A stretch of 64,000 nucleotides of DNA from Candidatus Altiarchaeota archaeon (GTDB lineage Archaea > Altiarchaeota > Altiarchaeia > IMC4 > SCGC-AAA252-I15). Made by a program: the position numbers and the translations under genes. The number at the start of each line of letters is the position of its first letter. Position 1 is the stretch's first letter. Below, in pieces: positions 37,220 to 45,973 of the stretch. The stretch covers positions 3,901 through 67,900 of the forward strand of contig JAZDNF010000006.1 in the NCBI GenBank assembly GCA_043800255.1, in the 5' to 3' direction. Under the pieces are notes generated by a model that saw only the letters and a list, made by a program, of their open reading frames with translations, ran no database searches and was not told the DNA's origin.

Positions 37220-37654
37220 GTGCTACGCATAATCGCGGATACAAACATCATACTATCAGGGTTATTCTTCGATAAAAACCCCGAGAAACTGTTACTGCTA
37301 GCCATAAACGGCGACCTAAAACTCATAATCCCCGAACTTGTCATAACAGAGGTAAACGAAAAAATAGAGGGAAAATTCTCAAAACAAGAAAACCTGGGGG
37401 CAGCAAGGGACTTTTGGTTCGTACTCCAAAAAGCATTCCGCGAAACAAAAGAGGACATACTCTCCGATAAGACTACTCCCATAGACTGTCCTGACTCCGA
37501 TGACACTAAGATTCTGGAATATGCAACCAAGATTAAGCCAGATTACGTCATATCAGGAAACCAACACGTACTCGACATCAAAGACCCTCCCTGTCAGATA
37601 ACCAAACTAAGAGCCTTTTTAGAAAAAGAATTTCCAGGAATCCTGGAGGATTAA
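37220..37654 (+). CDS. PIN-domain protein (VapC-like), 144 aa.
   Basis: LRIIADTNIILSG contains the first Asp. ITEVNEK and DSDDTKILEYA supply further acidic residues. The C-terminal VISGNQHVLD is a degenerate TxD motif. Confidence 0.55.
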   Translation: MLRIIADTNIILSGLFFDKNPEKLLLLAINGDLKLIIPELVITEVNEKIEGKFSKQENLGAARDFWFVLQKAFRETKEDILSDKTTPIDCPDSDDTKILEYATKIKPDYVISGNQHVLDIKDPPCQITKLRAFLEKEFPGILED

Positions 37655-37680
37655 TCCTTCCAGAGACCTAAAAAAATGCA

Positions 37681-37790
37681 CGTTGATAACATGGTGTGTT
37701 AGCCAATACAAGGGGTTATCAAAATCAGCAGAGACAAAGGGAATTTGGTGTTTGAGTCAAGCAGTGATGAGAATCAGCTACTCCACGGCT
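37681..37790. repeat. ~110-bp element B. It has a perfect 8-bp inverted repeat (ttgataac...gttatcaa, 23-nt loop) followed by the 27-mer agtgatGagaatcagctactCcacGgc.
   Basis: Pairs with element A (34981-35100). Together they delimit a ~2.7-kb cassette (35.1-37.75 kb). Element B ends ~8 nt from the stop of the bactofilin gene at 37798. Confidence 0.6.
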
Positions 37791-37797
37791 ATGGTCG

Positions 37798-38484
37798 TTA
37801 CTTGAGTCTGTTGGTGAGGGTTTGTCCGGGGCCTGCTTTTCTCTGGTTTTCTCTGAATCTGATGCGGCCCTGAAGTGAGAGGATGTCCTTGTAAGCGTAG
37901 ACTTCATCTGTTGCAGAGACTATGTCGTCTTTGGCGCGGATTCCGCCGCTCTTGGAGATGATAGGCCCTCTGGCCCGCATCACGCCGGATTTGGACTCTA
38001 TGTCCCCGTTGGCTGTGATGCTCCCATCCCAGGCGATGAGACTGTCGCCTGATGTTATGGAACCTCCGGCTGCTATGTCGCCCTTGAATGAGTTTATGGC
38101 CCCGCTGTGAGAGTATATGTCTCCGCCGGCCCGTATCGGGCCATTGTCAGCGTTTATGTCCCTCTCAGCCCGTATGCTGCCGACCGCGTCTATGCCGCCG
38201 TCAGCTTCTATCCTGCTCTTCGCCCTGAAATCAGGATTCGATATTATGAGCCTGCCTCCGGTCTTCAGGCGCTCAATCTGGGAGCAGGACTCGGCCAGGA
38301 TGAAATTCTCATCCCCGCCCCTGACGGCAACCTGATTTCCCACCAGGACTGTGTAATCAATGCCTTCGAGAGTGACCTTCCCATTGGAAACAGGGCATTG
38401 CCTGCCTCCGACCGTTAACTCAGCCAGAGGTTTGATGTCCTCAAGCCCGCCCCTCTCTCCCGCACAGTAGACCTTCTGGACCAT
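37798..38484 (-). CDS. Bactofilin-like beta-helical protein (second paralog), 228 aa.
   Basis: ...GGIDAVGSIRAERDINADNGPIRAGGDIYSHSGAINSFKGDIAAGGSITSGDSLIAWDGSITANGDIESKSGVMRARGPII, a bactofilin-type winding repeat. Confidence 0.7.
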   Translation of the reverse strand: MVQKVYCAGERGGLEDIKPLAELTVGGRQCPVSNGKVTLEGIDYTVLVGNQVAVRGGDENFILAESCSQIERLKTGGRLIISNPDFRAKSRIEADGGIDAVGSIRAERDINADNGPIRAGGDIYSHSGAINSFKGDIAAGGSITSGDSLIAWDGSITANGDIESKSGVMRARGPIISKSGGIRAKDDIVSATDEVYAYKDILSLQGRIRFRENQRKAGPGQTLTNRLK

Positions 38485-38570
38485 AGTCTAAATTAAAGAA
38501 TAATATACGCATCCCCTGAATAAAAGAGGCTTCCGCAAGACTTTTAACGAGGGGCATCTAATAGTATTGA

Positions 38571-39713
38571 ATGCTTTCTAGGGTTTTGGTTGCGGGTTTG
38601 AACTGCCGTCCTGTGGCAGTCTCAGCCAAAAAGTTCATACCAGAAGTTTATGTCGTAGACTACTTCGGCGACGTTGACCTGAAACGGGCTGCCGACGGCG
38701 TCTACTCCATAGGCAAAGAGTACTCGCTGGACAGGCTGCTCAAGCGAACGAAGAAGGTCATAGGGAGGGTGAAACCTGAGGGAGTGCTGCTGACCTCAGA
38801 ATTAGGATGCAACCCAGACACCGTCAGAGAGGTGGGATACTCCTGCAAGATAATTGGGAACGGCTTCGAGCAGGTCAACTCAGTCAGAGAGTGGAAAGGC
38901 TTCTTCCACACGCTTGACAAACTGGGCATAAAACATCCGAAGACGATTCTGGTGGACAAGATAATGAACGTCGAATGGGCGTGCAAGACTATAGGGTTCC
39001 CGCTGGTGACGAAGCCATTGCACGGCTCCTCAGGACAGGGAGTCAGGCTCATCCACTCCCTGAAGGAGGCCCTTACAGAGTTCGACAAATACAAGAGGAT
39101 ACTCATCCAAGAGTACGTCAGAGGCGTGAACGCCAGCGTCTCCGTGATTTCAACAGGAGCTGATGCGACTGCAGTCTCCTTGAACGAGCAGCTCCTAGGC
39201 AAGAATGAATTCGGACAGGAGAACCAGTTCGGATACTGCGGGAACATAGTGCCATTGGAAAGCAGACTCGAGAGGAAGGCCAGAGAAGACGCCGAGACAA
39301 TATGCAGGGAGTTCAAGCTGGTCGGGAGCGTCGGAATCGACATGGTCCTGGCAGACCAGCCGTATGTGATAGAAGTGAACCCCAGATTCCACGACACGCT
39401 CGAATGCATCGAAAGGGCATACGACATTAACCTCGTCAAAGCCCACATTGAAGCAATCGGCGGGATCCTGCCAACGGTAGGGAAATCTGGAAAAACCTAC
39501 GCGAAGAGCATACTTTTTGCGGACGGCAGGCTGAAGATAGCAGGCAACCTGGAGAACGTTGAGGGCGCGGCAGACATAATGAGAGAGGGAGCGATCGTCG
39601 AAAGAGGCAACCCGGTGTGCAGCGCCATAGCAGAGGGGAAGGACAGGGACGCAGCGCTTTCAAGCCTGAACGACAAGATAATCACATTAAAAAAATGCTT
39701 CAGAAGGATTTAA
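38571..39713 (+). CDS. ATP-grasp superfamily ligase (archaeal RimK/MfnD/MptN-like).
   Basis: 380 aa. ...PLVTKPLHGSSGQGVRL..., ...LIQEYVRG..., ...IDMVLADQPYVIEVNPRF... are ATP-grasp motifs. Confidence 0.65.
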   Translation: MLSRVLVAGLNCRPVAVSAKKFIPEVYVVDYFGDVDLKRAADGVYSIGKEYSLDRLLKRTKKVIGRVKPEGVLLTSELGCNPDTVREVGYSCKIIGNGFEQVNSVREWKGFFHTLDKLGIKHPKTILVDKIMNVEWACKTIGFPLVTKPLHGSSGQGVRLIHSLKEALTEFDKYKRILIQEYVRGVNASVSVISTGADATAVSLNEQLLGKNEFGQENQFGYCGNIVPLESRLERKAREDAETICREFKLVGSVGIDMVLADQPYVIEVNPRFHDTLECIERAYDINLVKAHIEAIGGILPTVGKSGKTYAKSILFADGRLKIAGNLENVEGAADIMREGAIVERGNPVCSAIAEGKDRDAALSSLNDKIITLKKCFRRI

Positions 39714-39714
39714 C

Positions 39715-41055
39715 ATGCTTCTGCCGATAATAGCGTACCTTATGCTGCTGCTTGGCATAGGCATCTACTACAGCAGGATAAGAAGCCTTGACGAGTTCAT
39801 AATCGCCGGCAAAAACCTGGGCTTCTACGTTCTGGTAACTTCAATAGCTGCCACATTCTACGGCGCTGCGGCAGTGTTGGGCGGGGCGGAGCTGGCATAC
39901 TACTTCGGATTGGGAGCATTGTGGTTCATGGTACCATTCTACATAGGGAACCTGCTGGTCATACCATTCCTGGACAAGATCGAGAAATCCGGGGCTAAGA
40001 CCCTGCCGGATTTCCTGGGAAAATACTATGACAGCAGGATCGTAGTCCTGTCCTCCCTGCTGCTTGTAGTTTTATGCCTGGTGCCTTCCGAGATTCTGGC
40101 CATAGGGAAAATAATGAATGTTCTGATGCCCTACTCCACGGAAGGCTGGATGATAGCAATCACAGCGGTCGTGATACTGTACACCCTGCTCGGCGGGATG
40201 CGGTCGGTAGCGCACTCTGACATGATACAGTTCACTATCATGGCATTGTCTTTCGCGATTCTGCTGCCGTACGCGCTCAAATACAGCCCGGATTTCCTAT
40301 CCAACGTCCCGGGCGAAAACCTCGACCCTCTGGCATATTTCAGGATGCTCCCCCAGGACGCGATAAGATGGACCATACTATTGCTTTTCCTGCCGATAAC
40401 AAGCTCGCCCCTCTACATGAGGTTCTTCGCATCCCTGAAGAAAGTCGACAGGAAGAAGGCGCTGGCCGGCACAGTAATGATATATTTTGCGATTGACATG
40501 ATACTGCTGTCCAGTGGCATGATAGCCTACGCCAACTCAGAAAAGCTGGGAATAACAGAGGAGAACGCCGACATATCGCTGCTGATACTGGGCCTGAATG
40601 CGCTGCCGAAAGGCCTAACGGCGGTGTTCATAGTAGGTCTGCTGGCTGTCATGATGAGCACCGCCGATTCCTGGCTGCACGCTGGCGCCTCAAGCCTCGC
40701 CTATGACATACTGAAGAGAAGACAAGCCAATAGTGAAAGCAGCCTCATAATGGCATCCAGGCTTTTCATAATAGTGCTGGGAGTGGGAAGCCTGCTGATA
40801 GCCCTCTACTTTTTCGACATAATCGAAGCCCTGAGCGCGCTGCTGACAGTATGGATTTCAGGAGTCCTCGTGCCGACGATGGCAGCCCTGCTGTCTGTCA
40901 GAATGTCAAGCAGGGCGGCAGCCCTTTCGATGATATTAGGTACGTCAGCCTCGGTCCTTTGGACGGTAACGCCCATAATGCCGGTGGACCCGCTCTTTGT
41001 CGGCATTTTTTTCTCGCTCGCCGGCGCATTACTTGGAAGAAAACAGCGTATTTAA
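39715..41055 (+). CDS. Sodium:solute symporter (SSS) family transporter.
   Basis: 446 aa, multi-TM. N-terminal ...YYSRIRSLDEFIIAGKNLGFYVLVTSIAATFYGAAAVLGGAELAY is typical of SSS family transporters. Confidence 0.75.
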   Translation: MLLPIIAYLMLLLGIGIYYSRIRSLDEFIIAGKNLGFYVLVTSIAATFYGAAAVLGGAELAYYFGLGALWFMVPFYIGNLLVIPFLDKIEKSGAKTLPDFLGKYYDSRIVVLSSLLLVVLCLVPSEILAIGKIMNVLMPYSTEGWMIAITAVVILYTLLGGMRSVAHSDMIQFTIMALSFAILLPYALKYSPDFLSNVPGENLDPLAYFRMLPQDAIRWTILLLFLPITSSPLYMRFFASLKKVDRKKALAGTVMIYFAIDMILLSSGMIAYANSEKLGITEENADISLLILGLNALPKGLTAVFIVGLLAVMMSTADSWLHAGASSLAYDILKRRQANSESSLIMASRLFIIVLGVGSLLIALYFFDIIEALSALLTVWISGVLVPTMAALLSVRMSSRAAALSMILGTSASVLWTVTPIMPVDPLFVGIFFSLAGALLGRKQRI

Positions 41056-41082
41056 TCTGCAAGGATTAATTGTCTATCTGAC

Positions 41083-42048
41083 ATGAAAGAGCTGATGATA
41101 TCATTAGCGGTTATCCTGCTCGTAACAGGCACCGTAGACGCCCAGATAAGGCAAAAAACGAGCATGGACGTCAACGTCACAGGCACAGAATCGGGGATGC
41201 TCTGCGCCGGCGAGCAGATAAAGGTGAGCGTGACAGACAGGCACAAGGGCACGAAGTTGGATGGAGCTGACATTGACGTGTACTACAGCAGCACCAAGAT
41301 ACTGAACCTGGAGTCAGACGAGAGGGGAGAGGCGCACTTCGTCCCGGAAAAAGCAGGCACATACAGGGTAACAGCCGAGAGAAGCAGATACTATGACAAT
41401 GAGGTGAGCTTCTACGTTGAACAGTGCATTCCAACCACAACTACAAGCATTTTCGCCTGCCCGCTCGTGAGCGTCAACCCCGATCTTGAGACGGATTGCA
41501 TCGAAAGCGGGGGCACCGTTGTCGCGGAAACAACGCCCGACGGCTGCAAGCAGCCGCCGAAATGCCACTGCAATGGAGCTGTCTCAGAGAACTGGACCTG
41601 CCAGACGGAAACTACGACGACAGTTACCACCACCATAAGCCAGAGGCAGGTCGCAAACGACCTCTTCAACAGTTCGATGGGATACTATGATGCAGGAGAC
41701 TACAACAAGACTAGGGAGCAGATCACGCTAGCATGCGACATATACCGGAACATAAGCGACCTCCCCGCGCTTGAAGAGTGCGAGAAAGTGTTGGACAACC
41801 TGCCTATGATGTTCGAGACGCCTGAGAACGACACGCCGAAAACCACGCTCACCACCATAATGAGAGAACCGGAGAAGCGGGAGAAGAAGAATACTATAGG
41901 ATTGGTACTCGCCATCGTACTGTCGCTGTTCATAATCATCATACTCGGCTCGATGATGGCAGGCGGGAAGCCGAAATCCAGCAGCCTCGGCGGGCAGTTC
42001 AGGAACATCATAAGACTCGGCGGGAAGTCAAAGCTTGAGGAAATCTGA
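41083..42048 (+). CDS. Membrane-anchored surface protein (321 aa): signal peptide, CarboxypepD_reg/Ig-like domain, Cys-rich and Thr-rich regions, and a C-terminal TM anchor.
   Basis: MKELMISLAVILLVTGTVDAQ signal peptide. ...GTYRVTAERSRYYDNEVSFYV... A C-terminal hydrophobic segment is followed by a basic tail. Confidence 0.55.
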   Translation: MKELMISLAVILLVTGTVDAQIRQKTSMDVNVTGTESGMLCAGEQIKVSVTDRHKGTKLDGADIDVYYSSTKILNLESDERGEAHFVPEKAGTYRVTAERSRYYDNEVSFYVEQCIPTTTTSIFACPLVSVNPDLETDCIESGGTVVAETTPDGCKQPPKCHCNGAVSENWTCQTETTTTVTTTISQRQVANDLFNSSMGYYDAGDYNKTREQITLACDIYRNISDLPALEECEKVLDNLPMMFETPENDTPKTTLTTIMREPEKREKKNTIGLVLAIVLSLFIIIILGSMMAGGKPKSSSLGGQFRNIIRLGGKSKLEEI

Positions 42049-42052
42049 GGAG

Positions 42053-43531
42053 ATGGCACAGACGCCGGAGATAAAACTCCCAGGAGACACGTCAAATGTC
42101 GTGATGCGGTTCGCCCCGAACCCGAACGGCCCTCCGACGATAGGCCACGCGAGGGGGATAACGGTAAACGACCATCTCGTCAGAAAATATGATGGACAAT
42201 TCATTCTCAGGTTCGACGACACAGACCCGAAGCTGAAGAAGCCGCTTCTTGAAGCGTACGACTGGTACGTGGAGGATATTAGATGGCTGGGCGCCGAACC
42301 GGACAGGATTATAATAGCATCCGATAGGATGCCAGAATACTATAAAGCGGCTGAGGAGCTCATCAGGATGGGGAAAGCGTACGCCTGCTCATGCCCGAAG
42401 GAGGATTTCAAAAAGCTCAAGGACGCCGGCAGGGAGTGCCAGTGCAGGCCTAAAAGCGCGGAAGAAAACCTTGAAGCCTGGAAGGGGATGCTCAAAGGCG
42501 ACTACGATGAGGGGGGCATCGTGCTCAGGATAAAAACGGACTTGGAAGGCGACGACCCTGCCATAAGGGACTGGGTGGCGTTCAGGATAGTGAAGGAAAG
42601 GCATCCGAGGGTGGGAGACAAGTACATGGTATGGCCTATGCTCGACTTCGAGTCAGCCATAGAAGACCGCCTGCAGGGCGTGACTCACATCATAAGAGGC
42701 AAAGACCTGATAGACTCTGAGAAGAGGCAGAAGTTCGTATACGATTACATGAACTGGAAGTACCCCATAACCCTCCACTGGGGCAGGATAAGATTGGAGG
42801 ATTTCGGCAAGTTCAGCACCAGCGCAATATCGAAGTCAATCGCGGAGGGCGCGTACTCCGGCTGGGATGACGTCAGGCTCCCGACACTAAGAGCCTTCAG
42901 GAGGAGGGGGATAACGGCTGAAGCCATCATAAGGACGATGCTGGCTTTAGGGCTGTCCGAGAGCGACATCAGCCTCAGCATGGAAAACGTCTACGCAGAG
43001 AACAGGAAGATACTCGACCCCCTGGCAGGCAGATACTTCTTTGTCGAGGATGACGGCTTCACCGTCTCAACCGAGGGCACCCCTGGAAAGACCGTAAGGC
43101 TGCCGCTGAACCCAAACAGGAAGTTCGATGGAACAAGGGACATGGCCTTAGAAGTCAAAGACAACAGGACAGTATGCTGCATACCCAGCCAGGATGCGAT
43201 GTCCCTCAAGGAGGGGGAGGTGATAAAGCTGATAGGCCAGTATGATGTCACTATCATGGAAGTTGACATTGAAGGCAAGCTCATCAGGGCGGAGTACACA
43301 AACAGCAAGGGAGGGAAAAAACTCCATTGGACGTTTCCGCCCGGGCAGAAGGCTGGCGGAGGTAGCGTCCGTGCTGAGATTCTCATGCCGGACGGCACTA
43401 AGAAGGAAGGATACGCCGAGCACTCCTGCGTTCACCTCAACGTTGGCGATATCGTCCAGTTCGAGAGGCTGGGCTTCTGCAGGCTAGACTCAAAAGAGCC
43501 GGCGCTCACATTCTGCTTCGGCCACAGCTGA
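42053..43531 (+). CDS. gltX: Glutamyl-tRNA synthetase (archaeal / non-discriminating type).
   Basis: HIGH-class motif PNPNGPPTIGHARG, KMSKS-like KFSTS, and an archaeal GluRS zinc/anticodon-binding C-terminal region. GGAG lies just upstream of ATG 42053. The track's 42035 start uses an upstream TTG. Confidence 0.9.
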   Translation: MAQTPEIKLPGDTSNVVMRFAPNPNGPPTIGHARGITVNDHLVRKYDGQFILRFDDTDPKLKKPLLEAYDWYVEDIRWLGAEPDRIIIASDRMPEYYKAAEELIRMGKAYACSCPKEDFKKLKDAGRECQCRPKSAEENLEAWKGMLKGDYDEGGIVLRIKTDLEGDDPAIRDWVAFRIVKERHPRVGDKYMVWPMLDFESAIEDRLQGVTHIIRGKDLIDSEKRQKFVYDYMNWKYPITLHWGRIRLEDFGKFSTSAISKSIAEGAYSGWDDVRLPTLRAFRRRGITAEAIIRTMLALGLSESDISLSMENVYAENRKILDPLAGRYFFVEDDGFTVSTEGTPGKTVRLPLNPNRKFDGTRDMALEVKDNRTVCCIPSQDAMSLKEGEVIKLIGQYDVTIMEVDIEGKLIRAEYTNSKGGKKLHWTFPPGQKAGGGSVRAEILMPDGTKKEGYAEHSCVHLNVGDIVQFERLGFCRLDSKEPALTFCFGHS

Positions 43532-45946
43532 TCAGAGGTAAATGCCGCGCAGGGTTCCTGAATCATCCTCCTGCGATATCACGTTGCCTGATTTCAGAGT
43601 GTACAGCACCTTGAGTTCGAAAATGTATGGATGATCAATGCCACCCTTCGGGCACGACAACACGACCGGGAACAGGGCTCCAGACATTATCGGGCCCCTC
43701 GCATAGCCCTGACAGTCTCCGGCAAACTGCACTCCAGAAACGTTCCAGTCCTCCCTGCTCGAGAAGCTGAGCTCGAATGTGCCGTTCCCGTAGGGCATCA
43801 TCGTCGCGAGAACCGGGATTATCTTATCAAAGCCTGATGACCTCAGCGAAACGTCAACGCAGTCGAGGCTCTCGTTCCAGTGGTTCCTGACCTTCCTGAC
43901 GCACTTACTCTCAACACACAGGTTATAGTAGTTGGACCTCACCACCATGTCGTTCACGCACAGGTAGGGGCCGTAGTAGTCCCCCGGGCAGTCCGAATGT
44001 TTCACGCACTCGACTATGCGGCCGCCGGAGTCCCTTAAGGTGACATATACCGTGTCTTCCAGGAACGTGGTATTCTCGTCCAATATCCTGACATTGTATG
44101 CCCCGGTTATGAGGCCGCTTATTTCGCCGCTGAACGGAATCTCAGAGGCGCACAGTATGCAGGTCCCATTGGCAGCCTGCGCCGTTATTCTAACAGTGAG
44201 GTTCTCGTTCTCGGCGTATAACATCGAAGTCAGCGTGTAGCAGGGCATCTCAGCCTCCAACGCCCCGTTAAAGATTATTTTACCGTCTGCCGAGCTTATG
44301 TTCCCCGCCTTTTCCCTGTCGCATTTCCCCAACCCCGGCAGAAACCTCAGCACAGGCTCCTCGGTCAGCACGATTATTGATGTCGTAGTGGTCGATGAAG
44401 TCGACGTAACCGTTGACAGAGTCGATGTGACCGAAGTTGACGTTATAGTCGCCGGCGGCTGGACGCCGTACACTCTAAGCCCAAGGTCATATTCGTAACC
44501 CAAACTGCCGAGGGACATCCACTCGCCTCCCAGGTTGATCCAGCCTCTGCCATACACTGGACGGCCATAGTCTGCGCCAATCCAACTGCCATTGACTTCA
44601 GGCCTGAGGACGATGAAAAAGTCGCCTGAGCGCAGCTCATAAGCCAGGTCAACGTTAGCCCATCCCAAACCAGAGGGAGCAGCAATCACAGGCTTCGCAA
44701 GAGGCACTCCAGGTTTGCCGTCTGCTCCCACGCCGTAGAGGATGACCTCAACCTCTGACGGATTTTCCATGACATGGAATCTAACACCCTTTATGGTGAA
44801 CGGATATCTTGCGGGCGTGAACCTGACGCCCAACATGCCAGAGCCGCCTGAGAAGCCAACCTTGCCCTCGAAGCCGGAGTCGTCGTAGGATAGCTCAACA
44901 GCATCATCCTGAAGGCAGCAGCAGTGTTTCCTGTCGGGGTTGGATGTCGTGCAATCCCAATCCCCCCTTGAATCGCGGACCCACACGCCGTCCGCTATCA
45001 CGCACCCTCCATCAGCATAGCATCTAGATTCGGTGGAACCGTATCTGTCCCTGCATAGTTGGTAGCAATTCTGCTCGTAGACCATTAACGAGGTCAGAAG
45101 AACAGTTGAGGTCGACGTGGATGACGTCGTGGTCGATGATGATGTCGTAGAGGATGACGTCGTGGAAGACGTCGAGGACGTTGACGTCGATGATGTAACA
45201 GGCACTGACGAGGTTGATGTCGTCGAGGATACAACCGTGCTCGAAGACGTTGACGTGCTCGTACTTGAGGATGTCGTAGTGCTTATGCTCGAAGAGCTTG
45301 TAGTGCTGGTTGACGAAGTCGTCGACGTGGTAGTCGACACGTGTACGGTGGTTGTTGTCGGCGGCACAGGCTGCATCCCGACAACCTGGATGCCCAGGTC
45401 ATACTGGTAGCCGATGTCCTTGAGCTGCGCCCAGCTGCCGTTCATGTCAACCCACCCTCTGAGCTCATGGGGAGCATCCTGGTCGCTCCCAAGCCAGCTC
45501 TCGTTGGCTCCCAACTGGGTCATGCCCACGTAGAAGCTCCCGGAAGTTATGACATAAACCAATTCTGCAGTATGCCATCCTCTGCCAGCAGGCTCTGCTG
45601 CGAACGGCCGTATCATGTCGGAGCCTGGCGCCTCATAGTAGCCGTCGTCGTCCATCAGGCGGACTATGAACTGCCGGGGATTGTCTGCGATATGATACCT
45701 GACTTCCTCAATCGTGAACGGATACCTCTGGGGCGTGAACTTAACGGCTAAGGTTGCGTTAGCGGCTGTGAACGCCATCTTGCCTTCGAAGGAGCCGTCA
45801 TCATAGTACAGTCCAACGGTTTCGAGCCCAGAGCCGGCGTCCAACGATGTTGAAGTGCCGGCAGGGACGTTCCCATTCTCAACGCAGCCTGCGATGGAAG
45901 CCAGCGTAAAAACCAGTAAAACGGACAGGAGATTAAACCTCTGCAT
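43532..45946 (-). CDS. Secreted lipoprotein-like surface protein (804 aa) with two homologous ~200-aa domains, Ser/Thr-rich linkers, and Cys-rich C-terminal domains.
   Basis: Signal peptide with lipobox-like ASIAGC. GSFEGKMAFTAANATLAVKFTPQRYPFTIEEVRYHI is duplicated as SGFEGKVGFSGGSGMLGVRFTPARYPFTIKGVRFHV. Two long S/T tracts separate the domains. Confidence 0.65.
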   Translation of the reverse strand: MQRFNLLSVLLVFTLASIAGCVENGNVPAGTSTSLDAGSGLETVGLYYDDGSFEGKMAFTAANATLAVKFTPQRYPFTIEEVRYHIADNPRQFIVRLMDDDGYYEAPGSDMIRPFAAEPAGRGWHTAELVYVITSGSFYVGMTQLGANESWLGSDQDAPHELRGWVDMNGSWAQLKDIGYQYDLGIQVVGMQPVPPTTTTVHVSTTTSTTSSTSTTSSSSISTTTSSSTSTSTSSSTVVSSTTSTSSVPVTSSTSTSSTSSTTSSSTTSSSTTTSSTSTSTVLLTSLMVYEQNCYQLCRDRYGSTESRCYADGGCVIADGVWVRDSRGDWDCTTSNPDRKHCCCLQDDAVELSYDDSGFEGKVGFSGGSGMLGVRFTPARYPFTIKGVRFHVMENPSEVEVILYGVGADGKPGVPLAKPVIAAPSGLGWANVDLAYELRSGDFFIVLRPEVNGSWIGADYGRPVYGRGWINLGGEWMSLGSLGYEYDLGLRVYGVQPPATITSTSVTSTLSTVTSTSSTTTTSIIVLTEEPVLRFLPGLGKCDREKAGNISSADGKIIFNGALEAEMPCYTLTSMLYAENENLTVRITAQAANGTCILCASEIPFSGEISGLITGAYNVRILDENTTFLEDTVYVTLRDSGGRIVECVKHSDCPGDYYGPYLCVNDMVVRSNYYNLCVESKCVRKVRNHWNESLDCVDVSLRSSGFDKIIPVLATMMPYGNGTFELSFSSREDWNVSGVQFAGDCQGYARGPIMSGALFPVVLSCPKGGIDHPYIFELKVLYTLKSGNVISQEDDSGTLRGIYL
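45100..45360. repeat. Low-complexity (GAYGWCGT)n-like coding repeat encoding a Ser/Thr-rich linker. A second, shorter tract lies near 44380-44460.
   Basis: Runs such as gatgacgtcgtggtcgatgatgatgtcgtagaggatgacgtcgtggaagacgtcgaggacgttgacgtcgatgatg on the plus strand. Confidence 0.55.
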
Positions 45947-45973
45947 GTTAGATATTCAGTTTAAAAAGAAAAA

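Larger units (their letters stand above)
26250..37790. mobile_element. AT-rich accessory/defence genomic island. No integrase or transposase was found in the window; it is mosaic with nested cassettes.
   Basis: Marked GC drop relative to the flanks. Cargo comprises PIN, RelE/AbrB, Bro-N, Type IIG R-M, Cas4-like nuclease, TGT-like, Hjc-like, Panacea and PIN genes. Imperfect direct repeats lie at internal and right boundaries. Bactofilin paralogs occur on both sides (19785-20366 and 37798-38484). Confidence 0.5.

Noticed and set aside
38702-39448. 248-aa minus-strand ORF
   Set aside because: Antisense to the ATP-grasp gene, which has clear motifs. Spurious.
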